Shown in pieces: positions 36,360 to 48,378 of a stretch of DNA of 64,000 nucleotides. Under the pieces are notes generated by a model. That model worked only from the letters and a program-made list of their open reading frames with translations, was not told where the DNA came from and did no database searches. The stretch is from Eukaryota sp. TZLM1-RC (Eukaryota; Protista; Metamonada: BaSk clade), in assembly GCA_040285825.1 (NCBI GenBank), contig JAUPSS010000006.1, forward strand, positions 434,001-498,000. The letters are read 5' to 3'. A program made the position numbers and the translations under genes. Within the stretch, counting starts at the first letter, position 1. Each line of letters starts with the position of its first letter.

Positions 36360-36620
36360 CTACAATCATCTCCTGCATCAGCTCTTTAACCTTGTTAAAT
36401 TTGCGGCTGATGTTGGATTTCTTTCTAAAAAAATAAGGAAGAAAAAACATACTGAAAGGGAGAGGGAGAAACGGCCACAGGTGGCGTACCGTTCACCGGT
36501 GGTGTAATCGGAGCAGATTGAGCAGGCGGCGCAGCACCCTAGATCGCCGTGATTAAAATCAGACTCACCTTCGGTCTCAATTAATCGATAATAGGCGACC
36601 ATCTGTTTTCCAACTGCTCT
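36360..36620 (-). pseudogene. Orphan 'RxFNH' family fragment
   Basis: DLGCCAACSIC, 28-nt intron 36425-36452, KKSNISRKFNKVKEL. Confidence 0.6.
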
Positions 36621-36719
36621 TGCCATTTTTTTCCTCTGGTGAATCACAGAATCTCGCTACTTGGATATTCTAATTGCTTTGGCCGTATTCTTCTCTACGC
36701 GCATCACCCACATGATAGC

Positions 36720-37238
36720 ATTAGCAAACTGGGTCATTTGCGCATACTTTATCAATTTTGCTAAGAATGAATGGGCAAAACCGAGGCCCCTCCTTGATAC
36801 GCTGGAATAATTATTCTCTTAATAATTTTCATCAAAACAGGAGTCAAATATGGTAATCCAAATTGATTAGGAATTGCCAGCCACTTTCAACAGCCATCAA
36901 TGACCAATAAATCCTTTCTCATGTGTGCTACAAACAGGTATTAGACACTGCTTATTGGATAATAATGCTGCCTTCAGCTGTTCACCACTGTTTCCTGATA
37001 AGGCTTTGTATGCCACTTCAGAAATTGATTGGCCCACACCTGTGGGGCAAATTTCAAAATTGGTTGTGGCAATTTTTTCATTATTATTTGCAATAAAGGC
37101 GCCATTGATGATATCAATATCATTGCTGCCTAAAAGTTGATCTAACAACTCAATCCGAATACTTCCATCGATATCTCTTTGATAAACTTCTTTTCGTAAA
37201 TGTAGTACTCTACTTGGTCTCAGAAACATCTGAAACAT
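36720..37238 (-). pseudogene. Ulp1/C48 SUMO-protease-like fragment
   Basis: LGSNDIDIINGAF..CLIPVC..GH*WLL..ITIFDS (catalytic His and Asp context); Cys motif not seen; internal stops. Confidence 0.55.
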
Positions 37239-37344
37239 CCATCCAAGCCTTCATTCATCCAAGCAAAAACCCCAAGACCTAAACAAAGATGTTTCCTTCC
37301 TTTGTATCAACTACAAAAACAACCCAAAATACAAATGATTTATT

Positions 37345-37557
37345 TTATTTGAAAACAAGCACATATTTACCTATATTGAAACGTCTTCCACAGTGGCATT
37401 TACGAAAGTGCGAGTTTGATGCATAAAACAAGGGCCTTTTTGTGGTGCACTTGGGATGATAAACACAACCACAGGATATCAGGGCAATTGATTGTTCAAG
37501 GGTTGAATTACAATGTAAGCAACAAGGCATAAGGCCACTGTTGTCAGTCTGTTTCAA
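37345..37557 (-). CDS. RING-like zinc finger fragment
   Basis: CLHC..SCGCVYHPKC..KCHC. Confidence 0.55.
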   Translation of the reverse strand: MKQTDNSGLMPCCLHCNSTLEQSIALISCGCVYHPKCTTKRPLFYASNSHFRKCHCGRRFNIGKYVLVFK

Positions 37558-38219
37558 TTGCCAGTTTAAGTGCTGGCAGTCTGTGGATATCGGAGTATTT
37601 TTACATGTTGGGCATTTCCTCTCGTACCACGGCCACTTCGGCCCCTATATCTACCTTGGCCTCTACTATGACCTCTATGAATATTTTTAAAACTATCAAA
37701 ACTACCTCTGAATGGTCTTCCTCGGCCTCTACTTCTGCCGGCGCTTCTTCGTTGATCTAATGGAACCAGAGATCTGGTGCATCCGGGGTCTTCGCATTCT
37801 GCAATTACATGGCCTGGCTTCTGACAGAAAATGTAACCAAGAGCTTGTTCAAGATCATTTCCCGTGTAATAAAGGATGGTACATGAATAAATGTTATAAA
37901 AAACATTGATGCATACAACCTGCTGTTACCATCCCACATTGAATATGTTCTGGCAACTTCAGGATCACCATCCTTTTTCTTCTTGGGATCAGGCATGAAA
38001 AATCTTTTCGACTTTGTTGAAGTCTTTACCTGTTTCCCTGAGGTCGTACTGGGAATTACTAACCTTTTACCAGATTTGGGTGTAATCGGAACCGAGCTCG
38101 AAGTTGATGATTCAGCGGAAGGAGTTGGGCTATATGAAGCAGTTACAGATTCAGATTCACTAAAGTTAGTCAAGAGCAGAAACATACAGGTTGGTTAGTT
38201 TGGTTAGTTTTAAGTAAGT

Positions 38220-38370
38220 CATATTACCAAGAGTAAGATGAGCCAATACATTAATTTTACCAGAACCTGCTGGTCGATGAAGGAGGAATATTCCACCGGG
38301 AAGATTGTGAATAATACGACAACAGTCTTGTTGTGTATGATTGAGTCGAGTGATAAATTGAGTGTTCTGG
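38220..38370 (-). pseudogene. SF1-helicase-like N-terminal P-loop fragment
   Basis: LNHTQQDC..IFLLHRPAGSGK resembles Q-motif plus Walker A. Confidence 0.4.
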
Positions 38371-38982
38371 TCAGAAGTGACATTTTTGGAATGATTTAAG
38401 CATCTGCAGGGAGCAATTGATTCATTGTTCGGGGTAGAAGGAAAACCTGGAAAATGATGCGAACAACTAAGAGGAATCCGGAGTTTAACTAAAGCACAAA
38501 TCTGACGTACCAAAGTTTTCAATGAAGCAACCCTCACGGCATACATAATGGTAAAGGGACAGATAGGAACCCTTGTCAATACACCAAACTTTTTCCAAGT
38601 GGTATCTGAATCAAGGTTCTTTTGTGTGTGTACGACTGCGAAATGAAGTTGGTCAAAAACTTCAAAATTGGAATTCATTGCCTTTTACATGGCAGAATAA
38701 GAACCAATTAAGAACATATCACCGATTGACGATTTTGTGGATTTTAAACCATCCATAAGCCATGCAGCAATTTCGTTTTTGATTTTTATCTCATTTCGAC
38801 TTTCTGGATTAGTGGGATGGTGGGTGAAATAATAAGACATGTTCGATTTATTTGCATAATTCCCCATTGGATTTGAATTTGGGACAGATCGAGTTAAAAT
38901 CATTCTCAAGTTTGTCTCAAATAGAGACTTATTGAACCTATAAACCTGTGATTGCGAATTACAGTAATCGATTATATAATTA

Positions 38983-39140
38983 TAATCGATGGTTATTTAT
39001 GAACTTGCTGGAATTAAAACTTTGAATACGATAAAATGGTCTTCTCTTACCCACTTTGCATTTGGTTCAGCATCATGATTGGTAAATTTGGGTATTGTAA
39101 AGAAAGACCTTGCGTCAAGCACTCTACCATCATTTTTACC
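38983..39140 (-). pseudogene. SET domain C-terminal half (second family)
   Basis: VLDARSFFTIPKFTNHDAEPNAKWV..IPASS*ITIDY matches DA..(R/K)F.NH..PN..E(I/L)T.DY; not in the ORF track. Confidence 0.7.
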
Positions 39141-40050
39141 ACGTTCGACCACTGGATTCAGTGCAGTATCTACAACCAGATCGATCCATCCAGGAAACGT
39201 GGAAACTTCTAGGTCTTCGTACTGTTAACCATTTTCGCAACGTTACATGCAGGAAAATTTATAATTTTGAAAATTTGTCTTTGTAATTTTGGTCGTATTA
39301 GTTTTATAAGTGTTTTTATTATAGTTTATTAGCTTTAAATTTGAATAAATTTATTTACATTTCAACTGTTTTGATATTGTCAACTTTTTTTAGAAATAAA
39401 TTGTTTCAACTACAAATATCTAATATTATATGTACAAGAACCTAAGCCATCCTAACCCTAATGGGGACAATCACTTCAGACTACTTCATTCTATTATTAG
39501 TATTAGTGATTATAATTCATTCTTAATTATGTCAAACTTTGCCCTAACAAATTACTTTTCATAATTTTGGCTCCTCTGCCACACATACCAATTAATCAGG
39601 AATTTCGGTGTCGATCTCTTGGTTTTAGGAAGACGGAAAATGTAGTTCTTGAGCACAGAAAACTTAAGAGCATTCAATAGATCGGGTAGACCATTGTATT
39701 CAGTGGCACTTAGATTTGACATCGAAAAGAAACTTGGAAAAAGTCAAAGGCACCAAAATCATTTTGACACAACCAATTTGCTGATTCTGTGTTGAATAAT
39801 TGTACATATTCAGAATCAGTAAACAATGTCCGTGTGATACACAAGAAACAACAGAACACTGTTTTTGAAAAACATCTCTGAGGTTAACCAATTTAATAGG
39901 GATTATTGCAATTGTTGCTCAAATACTACATGTTCCACTCTAATTCGTTTTTTGTTTATCCTATCATCGTCTAAAACAGGTTGATAAAAGTTATGAAGCT
40001 CTTGAGCTCTTATTTTTCTAGTTTTTTGAGTAGCAGTTGTATTTGTTGTT

Positions 40051-40623
40051 TTGATTATTGACATTACAAGCCAAAAAGATGAAACTAAATCCATGATACA
40101 CAAAGAATTAATTAAAGTGCCAAACACAATGGATTTTCAATATATAATTTCAAAAAATTTATTCAATTTGATGATGTTATATTTCCCAGAGCAAACTAAA
40201 AATGATATTGAAAGACTTGCTTTATTGTGTGTCAAACGTGATGCTAATCCATATAAAATCACACACTTAATCATTCCACCACAAACTGGTTCTGTCACAC
40301 ATGTTGAAAATATTTTGACAGATGAAATATCACCAGAATATGTTTCGTGTGTTGAAAGAAATGATTTGGTTGTTGTGGGTTGGATTCATACTCATCCACA
40401 AAATGCAACAATTTCTCCTTCTGTAACTGATTTGCGAAACCATTCACAATTCGCATTCAATGAAAAACACATTGCAATTATTATGAATGTGTCACCTAAT
40501 GGAGAGTTGCGTTCAAAAGCTTATAGAATGCAAAATATGGAAAAGTTTAAAAGAGATTATGATGAAAACAAAATAGAACGTATCTGGGATTATGTGGAAA
40601 ATGTAATTATAATATTCAATTAA
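40051..40623 (+). CDS. JAB/MPN+ metalloprotease (AMSH/STAMBP-like deubiquitinase domain)
   Basis: Upstream E, ITHLIIPPQTG, GWIHTHP..S..D metal-binding motif present. Confidence 0.85.
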   Translation: MIIDITSQKDETKSMIHKELIKVPNTMDFQYIISKNLFNLMMLYFPEQTKNDIERLALLCVKRDANPYKITHLIIPPQTGSVTHVENILTDEISPEYVSCVERNDLVVVGWIHTHPQNATISPSVTDLRNHSQFAFNEKHIAIIMNVSPNGELRSKAYRMQNMEKFKRDYDENKIERIWDYVENVIIIFN

Positions 40624-41394
40624 ATTCATGTGAAGTCAATGTGTCATATGAATATGGAATACACTCACATTCCACTTTTATTTATTTTCCATTCCATTTT
40701 ATTATTCATTGTCCGCAATGTAAATGAAAACTACGATGAAGAAATTGCCAATGTAACTGAAGATGAAGATGACCCTTACCTTACCACATCTTGTAATGAG
40801 GTAGAATTTGACAGTACAAATGAAGAGCTGGATAATCCCCACAGTCCAAACAGTGCACAATATGTCGAGCCACAAAATAGATTGAATGTTAATCTACCAT
40901 CATCGCCACGATCGTCACTACACATACCTCTCTCAGCGTTGGATAAGTCATTACTGGTTGAACATTTTCGTCAGAATTTTGCCCCAAATACTGTTGTGCA
41001 TTCACTTTTATTCTTCATGGTTTCTATTGCGGTAGTTCCATTATAATTTTCAAATAATAATCTTGGTTTGGTCATTTCTGAAAAAATTGATAATCTCTAG
41101 AAAATGGAATGATATTCTAAATTAATGCTAGGTTTTTTATCGTCTTTCTTTCGCTGTTGTGTTTGTGGAGAAACTGGTCCTAACGATCCTGAAGCCATTG
41201 GTGTGAAATCATTGGTGTGAGTCCAGTCCTTTGAGTGATTTTCCCTTCCTTTCTGCCTTCCATTTTCGCATATTAGATAAAGAGTTGATAAAATAAATAA
41301 AATAAAATAATTCAACTAAGAGATTTACTTGTAATGAGGTTAAGAGAATTATTAAAAATAATTCATATAATCGATATAAATTGTTTTAGAAATT

Positions 41395-41985
41395 AAAGGA
41401 AATAACAATGAATTAATTTTGTTGAGGTAAAAAAAGAAACCCTCAAATTAATTCATAAATAAAATGGTTGTAAGTATGAAACCTACAAAGATGCAAAAAC
41501 ATGTAGACTATACAGACACACGTAATCATATCTTTTTTGACCGTAATCAACCTTAAACAGTTAAAAACTGAAAGATTGATGATGACTCAGTCGTTTATGT
41601 ATTTATTAATAGATAATTCTAAATAAAGAGAATTACTCTCAATATTTGATAGAGACTCTGATCAAAAATAAAGTAACATGTGTGAAAAATACAAAAACCC
41701 TTTAATGAAAGTTGAATAAATAAAAATAGATAATTTCAACAAAATCAATATTGAATTTAAAACAAAATGACAGACAAAAACATGCCAAACTTTACAATAA
41801 TCATAATTAAACTAATTTTGGTAATTCAAAATGACCATCAGTAGCTGGAACAGTTTCTAAATCAATAATAGAATCAGTAGCAACAATAGATTGAGATTGA
41901 CAACCAACTACAACTACATCCAAAGAATCAACATTAAATTTAGCAAGGGTAATAAGAAATTTATCATTAGTACATCCACCAATAA
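41395..41985 (-). repeat. Inverted 250-bp module plus VVVGC module
   Basis: Reverse complement of the modules; AGAGACTCT at 41651-41659. Confidence 0.85.
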
Positions 41986-41989
41986 ATAA

Positions 41990-42290
41990 GACCGATGCCA
42001 ATGTTGCAACAAACTGATTCCTTGGGGTATACTTTGACAGCACACATCGGTAAAAAATACCTTTTTTCATTGTTATTGAGGGGAGGGGGAGACATAGGAG
42101 GATACACTTCTCTAAAGCTGTCGCCATCATACTTTGGGAGAGAACGGATCTGATTGGTGTCTCTGTACGGGGAGGCTGAGATTAAGTTAGTACGCCCAAG
42201 GTAATGGTTTACAAAGGCATCCTGTGAGAGCGTGGGTTCTTGGCAAATGTTGCCCACCACCCAAGGATCATCTAGAAATTGGGCCATCAC
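41990..42290 (-). pseudogene. N-terminal part of the SET gene (paralogue of 48750-49025)
   Basis: PWVVGNICQEPTLSQDAFVNHYLG..MCAVKVYPKES.C.NIGIG. Confidence 0.75.
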
Positions 42291-42700
42291 CTGTGATGAA
42301 GAGGTATAAACAAGCCAGACAGAATCGAGACCTTTGACATCACGCTTAATGTGCAATGACAATCGGTACATCCCCTTCTAGATGTTCTGGATGTCAATAA
42401 TCAACAGTACTGGCAAATGCCTTTACTTGTTGACACATGTAAGAATCCCTTAATGCGGCATGAACAACGGGGTCATCCTGGCTGGCTCATCTTGGACAGG
42501 CTCAGGTGGTGGCAAGCAGTCAGAATCGGAGCCACATTTTGCATCCCGTCTTTTTGCTTTGGTGGGTGCCTTTCTCTTCACGGAGCATCTATCTCTTTTG
42601 ATTGTCGTGTACTCACTCCCGATTTGCGCATTCTTTCATCGTGTGGTAGAAGGCATTGAGGTTGGGAGTAATATATGGGTTTAGATAAAAATTACATTTA

Positions 42701-42820
42701 CATGGAAGCTATATATTCCATTCCAGTTAAATGTATGGAAGCTATATATTCCATTTCAGTCAATGTATGGAATCTATATATTCCATTTCAGTTAAATGGA
42801 TGGAAGCTATTTATTCCATA
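42701..42820. repeat. About four 32-33-bp tandem repeats, each with internal inverted repeat ATGGAA..TTCCAT
   Basis: Seen directly. Confidence 0.85.
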
Positions 42821-42969
42821 TAACTACTCTCAAATTAAAACCTAAAACTTGTATCATTATAAACTTAAAAGTCCTGACGAGTATGATAGGGAACATATCT
42901 TGTTCAAATAACTGGTAGGTCTTTGGCTCTTGGTGGCAAGTCTTCTCTTGGAAACGCGAGGAACAAATG

Positions 42970-43520
42970 GGCGTCTGGGTGGCGTGATTCAGAGTGTGTT
43001 GGTTATTATATTAATAGATTTGATTGCAACGTACACCTACGTTCATTGCTATGATTATGCAACGTACACATACGTTCATTGCAACACTTTCTCAAAACAT
43101 TTTAAAAACATGTTTGTTGTAGAGTACAAATGTCATTGGTGCAATAGCATATGATATATTTACTGGTTTATTACAATAACGTACAAGCAATCATATTCAA
43201 CAACATAAAAATACACAAAGATCAGTTAGTTTATAACCAAAACAAACAAATTTTCTTGCGGAAAATGATGATATGGAAGACGACGAGTATATAGACTTGT
43301 CAAAATAAACATTTGTTTGTATTATTTTTAATTGTAAAACATCAACAGCAACATAAACAACAATTAAATTTTGTTTAGAAAACCATTTTATTGGCCTAAC
43401 ACCTACAGTTGAAAAGAAATTTGGCAAATATTGAAACGAACAAGCGTGTACGTTACACAGTCATTGAAACGAACATATGTGGGCATTGTAATGAAATTTG
43501 TTAATAAAATAACGAACCAA
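42970..43520. repeat. Dispersed repeat (copy at 63487-64000)
   Basis: Direct similarity. Confidence 0.85.
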
Positions 43521-43857
43521 TTGCCACCGGAATCAATGAATTTTTGAAACAAAGAAGACACCAGGAAGAGTCTGAAGGGCCCGATTCCGATTATGTAGAT
43601 ACATATATGCCACCAGTAGACAATGCCACCGGAGCATCAACCCCACCGCAGGAATCCACATCTATTATAACAGGTAAAGGCCTTTGGTGTAACTGTGGAT
43701 CATTGGAATCAAGCCCACCCCCGAGACAATATTCAAACAGCAACCAATGGTATTTATTGCGCAAATTTTGTTCAGAAAAATTGCAAATTTTTAATTGCAA
43801 ATTTTTTTGCAAATTTTGTTCAGAATATAGTATGTCATGTATTTGAACTAACTCTAG

Positions 43858-44150
43858 ACAGACTCCACAATTGACCTAAATGTATCAAAATGTCTAAAAA
43901 GACTGTATGAATCATCTAGGTAATCATTCTACTTGAAACAACCATTTGAATCAATCCTGTCAAACCTGTCATAAATAACACGTAATATACGACATGTATG
44001 TTTTAAATAACCAGTTATATATGACAGATTTGTTTTAAATCTAAACTAAAACATCGTAAATGTCACCATAACATTTGATGTTTGCTATCAATTAAAAACA
44101 GAATGTAAACCAAGTTTATTACAAAACAAAAAAGCCCTCTAAAATCAATT
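43858..44150. repeat. Dispersed repeat (copy at 61922-62170)
   Basis: Direct similarity starting CAGACTCCACAATTGACC. Confidence 0.85.
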
Positions 44151-44158
44151 GATGTGTA

Positions 44159-44539
44159 CTAAAAAGGGAAACGAGGAAGGTCCTCAATATCCACGTGAAC
44201 ATCAGAAACAGCAACCATTTCTTGCCAAGTCTGTGTTGCTGCGTCTTGAGTAGCAGGCTCGGCCATAAATTCAGATGTGTTAACGTTTGACTTGTTGGTT
44301 TCCCTTTCAGCAAGGAAGGGTTTCTTCAAATACTTCAGAAACCGATCCCTTATTGACTAGTAAGTATTACTCACCAAGAGGGAGTGGTTGTGAAAGTATT
44401 TCTCAGCTTGCTGCCAGAAAATATTGCCACCAAGCTTAAGGCCAGCAACATCTCCATCAACATCATCCAACTTTTGCTCAACGTATGTCAAAATGAGGCC
44501 ATCTTCTTCAAGAGAGAAAAAGTGACGTTCACGGACCAT
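44159..44539 (-). CDS. Rap1/TERF2IP-type Myb domain protein (~120 aa, 18-nt intron 44357-44374)
   Basis: RHFFSLEEDGLILTYV..GGNIFWQQAE..HSLL|SIRDRFLKYL resembles the Rap1 Myb pattern (FT.EED..IL.YV..GN..W..HSWQS.RDRY.K.L). Confidence 0.7.
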
Positions 44540-45082
44540 TAGTTGAAGAAGATAAACTACAATGGATTAATGGAAAATAATTTCTCAGAAATGATATTTG
44601 TGTATTTGCAATTTGTGACAACTGTGGAGAGTGTTACAGTTTGCCGAAATCGAAAATCCAACTTGTGGTCCCGTTACTCAATTCCAAAACACAATCTATC
44701 ATGGTTACCACGTGATTGTATTGCTTTTCACAAAAAGTGCAGGGATTAAAAGTACAGATGGATTGTGTACGCTGGAGCACAAAAATATTTATTTGAATTT
44801 TGATATTTTCATGCTCATCTATTTAGCTAATGAAAATGTAAACAATTTTCACCGTAATATTCAAAAATTTGCCTTGTACTATCACTACTGTTAGGTTCAT
44901 CACTCTTCAATCATTCTGGTTACATTGGACGAAAACTACTATCAGTTCTCCTATTTCAACACAACATTGAGAAAAATAGAGAAAAGACACAAATTTGAAA
45001 ATACATTCAATTAAATTACTCATTGAAAGTAAAGTTTGAAAATAAAATTAAAAAATCAGACAGATGAACCAACATAATGATG

Positions 45083-45112
45083 GTTAGGTCGGCCGACATA
45101 CCGGCTGGTGTT
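45083..45112 (+). repeat. Inverted, truncated B-box element head
   Basis: TTAGGTCGGCCGACATACCGGCTGGTGTT, broken inside the B-box. Confidence 0.65.
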
Positions 45113-46492
45113 GTGATTAATGTACAAAAAAATGTATACGTTATTGGGGATTGATGCTCTTGCACTTTGCATGATATACACCGGAATAATGAATTTCGAA
45201 TTAGGAATTAACATTCAATTTGTTCATACATCACTGTTGTCAATTGTCACACCTTTCACAAGTAAAATTTCATGTACTGGCCATCAAATGAAGAAACCAC
45301 TTGCTGAGCAAAATGCAATGATGGCGCATGAAAGCACTTCATTTTTTATTTTTTGAAACACAAATCATCCTAATAGCTGGATCTCACCCATATTTCTTAA
45401 AAAATGAAGTGAAGTGTTTTGATTGTATGCTATGTGTTGTGTATGGAAACATAAATCAGTATTGGCATTTACTTTTGTTTCAACAATTTGGGCAAATACA
45501 TTTAATTTTCATACGTAGAATTAAATAAAATATGCATACATAGATACAATTAGTTAGTTGTATGTAATTTTGGTTAGCAAATATAAAATATTATGTGAAA
45601 TTGGTTGTTGAATATGTGTATGTACGTACCAGTATAAGGTATACGTCAAAGCACATATGTAATTCCATTTATGAGTTGGTGCATAAAATGGCGGCTGTGT
45701 TTTTACTTATGTGAAAATACGTATGTGTAATTTATGTGCGAATACAGACGTACAAATAATTCAATTAGTTTATTGTCACCCACGACAAAATTATGCTTCA
45801 CAACGTATCATTCAGAATATAATTTTTCCCGTACATTTTGAGCAATGTACGTACAATGAATGTGGTGTTGTATATACAACGTCTTGACAACTGGACGAAA
45901 CACAACTTTGATGAAAATATTGAAAAGATCAGTGGCTTTGTAGTTGAGTGGGTAAATACCCTCATTGCAATACAGAACAGTGGAAAGCGCAAGTAGCCAG
46001 TAGATCCGATCTGAAAAACACACTGGCTGCACTTTATGGTTCTAAAGACCATGTTGTTCTGAATCACCTGTTTTTGCTTAGGTGAGAGAATTAGAAGTTA
46101 TTATGCAAATTTTGATAGAAAGATGTTATTAGTTATGAATTGGTATATGTATGATGTGGAAATTGTTTAATGAAAATGAAATAAATTTTAAACTTATTTG
46201 AGAATATTGAAAACCGTATCACATTAACCTGTATCAACCAATGTAACCCACTAAGGTTTGATGTGTCTGTCCTTTCGAGGAAAATGGAAGACAGCCAAAC
46301 TTTGATTGAAAAAAACAATCAGAGTATGTGGATTCAAGCACCATGTACGAGCAAGAAATGTACGAAACTACATCTGTGAGAAACGATTTCTTGAAAAAGT
46401 AACTTTCTTCTGTTACACCTTGTTTTAACCCTCGACTAACCCCCCCCCCCAAGTATAATGATGATTCACAAAATCGGGATACGAGAAGAAGT

Positions 46493-46696
46493 CGACTGGC
46501 CAGAAGAGGAGGGGCCAAGAGGATCAATGCTCTCATTTTCGACGCAACCCGTGAGTCCTTAAAGACTTTCCTAAATTATATATTAAGAGATTCAGTCACG
46601 TACATGAAACATGCAAATCGAAAAACATTGGTGGCCATGGATGTTGTTTTTGCTCTCAAACGTCATGGAAGAGTATGGTATGGATATGGGAATTAG
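46493..46696 (+). pseudogene. H4: Divergent histone H4 histone fold lacking canonical N-terminal tail
   Basis: [67 protein letters not shown]. Confidence 0.9.
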
Positions 46697-46703
46697 ATTC
46701 TGT

Positions 46704-47150
46704 GTGTTGTATTTGATTCAACTTTGAATTCTGATTTTCATTCTCCATCCCCATACCCTTTCGCTTTCGCTATTGAGGGTTATAGTTCCGGGGACACTTA
46801 GCCCTTCCCGTTGTCTACTACTGACAGTAGACGCTAACGGTCTCTCCCTTTTTCTTTGCACCTTCATGATGATCATCGCCATTCCGTCGCTTTTCTCTTC
46901 AGATTCCTACATCTTTCCCTTACTCAGAACTCTGCGCTCAAAAGCTTTCATCCTGATCTCCTCATTTTGAGTCCCATTCCGAGTTTTTGGTCACCGTCAC
47001 TCTTTCTATTCTTGTTTCTGTTTCTTGTGGGTGGGTGTGTTACCACTTTCAGCCGTCTGCTATCTGATGCTTTCCCAATCAATATGCGACTTATATTAAG
47101 AGGCCCACAGTGAGACTCGAACACCAGCGGGTATGTCGGCCGACCTAATC
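46704..47150 (-). repeat. B-box/palindrome element (empty, transposon-free allele)
   Basis: Near-identical to 9330-9775; 46540-47860 duplicates 7300-7465 plus 9330-10485. Confidence 0.85.
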
Positions 47151-47753
47151 ATTCAATATCACAATCAAATGATTGATAAAGCAGCAACATCACAATACAT
47201 AATCTATATTCTTGATTAAGAACGGTAACACTAACCAAGTCTCGTAACAAGACCACGTAGCACCCCTTCCTCAGCCCGCGGTCGTTCCGAGAAGAAGTCT
47301 TTTGAATTCAGCCGCTTCGAACCAAAGCCCGTACCAAAGAACCTCCAAGTTTGCCAAGCTTCCAAGAATTTAAACCCCTCCCCTCACTTGCATTGGAAGG
47401 AAGTCACCAATGTCAAATTAGTAGGTCTTGTTGATTTTAAAGGTAAAGTTATTAGTGGATGTACTCATAATGCACCTCTTATTACCTCTGTTAAATCTAG
47501 TGTTGATTTTGGTGATGTAGTTGTTGTTGGTTGTCGATCTCAATCTATTGTTGCTACTGATTCTTTTATTGATTTAGAAACTGTTCTGGTTCTTGGTTCA
47601 ATTGGTACTGATGAATACTTTGAACTAAAACTAATTTTACTATCAAAAATTTAAGTTGAACATTTTATTAAGTTTTTGTTGAATATATTTCCGGCTTAAT
47701 CGGTTTTACTTACTTTTTTGATCTTTTGATTTTAGTTGTTTTTTGAATACTAC

Positions 47754-48378
47754 AGAGTCTCTACCAAATATTGAGAGTAATTCTCTTTATTTTGAATCTC
47801 TAATTATAACTACATAAACGACTGAGTAATCATCAATCATTCAGTTTTTAACTGTTTGAATCTCAATCTATTGTTGCTACTGATTCTTTTATTGATTTAG
47901 AAAATGTTCTTGTTCATGATTCAACTGTCACAGATGATTACTGTGAATTTTTTAAATTTAGAGTTTCTACCAAATATTGAGAGTAATTCTCTTTATTTTG
48001 AGTCTCTATTAATAAATACATAAACGATTGAACAATCACAAATCATTCAGTTTTTAACTGTTTGAAGTTGATTATGGTCATGAAAGATCTGTTTACATGT
48101 GTCTGTATAGTCTACATGTTTTTGGATCTTTGTAGGTCTAATACTAATAACATTTTTATTTCTGAATTAATTGGAGGGTTTCTTGTCACGTTATCATCAA
48201 ACTCGACTGTACCTCGCAGGCAAAGATACTCCCTCTTCTTCTTGTATCCATCGCCTATGGGGAGCATCACCAATGAATCTGTGTGCTCAAGCTGCGAATT
48301 AAGAAGATTTTCGGCTTGGATTAGATTCCAACATCTGAGCGACGAAAAATAGAATACTTACCTCACCGATTATTTGAT
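47754..48378. repeat. Partial and full 250-bp modules with extension shared with 58006-58424
   Basis: Direct similarity; the extension holds a putative 27-nt minus-strand intron 48335-48361 (GTAAGT..CTCAG). Confidence 0.85.

Noticed and set aside
36895-39000. Alternative genetic code (stop reassignment)
   Set aside because: In-frame stops are a mix of TAA, TAG and TGA at positions expecting different residues (E, W), alongside frameshifts; intact genes end at normal stops. Pseudogenisation is simpler.
42701-42820. CRISPR-like palindromic repeats
   Set aside because: Units are directly tandem with no unique spacers; no cas genes; eukaryotic context.
44357-44373. Circovirus-like nonanucleotide AAGTATTAC
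   Set aside because: Single occurrence inside a putative intron, with no GC-rich stem; likely chance in AT-rich DNA.
46270-46400. HUH Rep motif III-like RARNVRNYICEK upstream of H4
   Set aside because: No motif I or HUH found in a consistent frame; too short to support.
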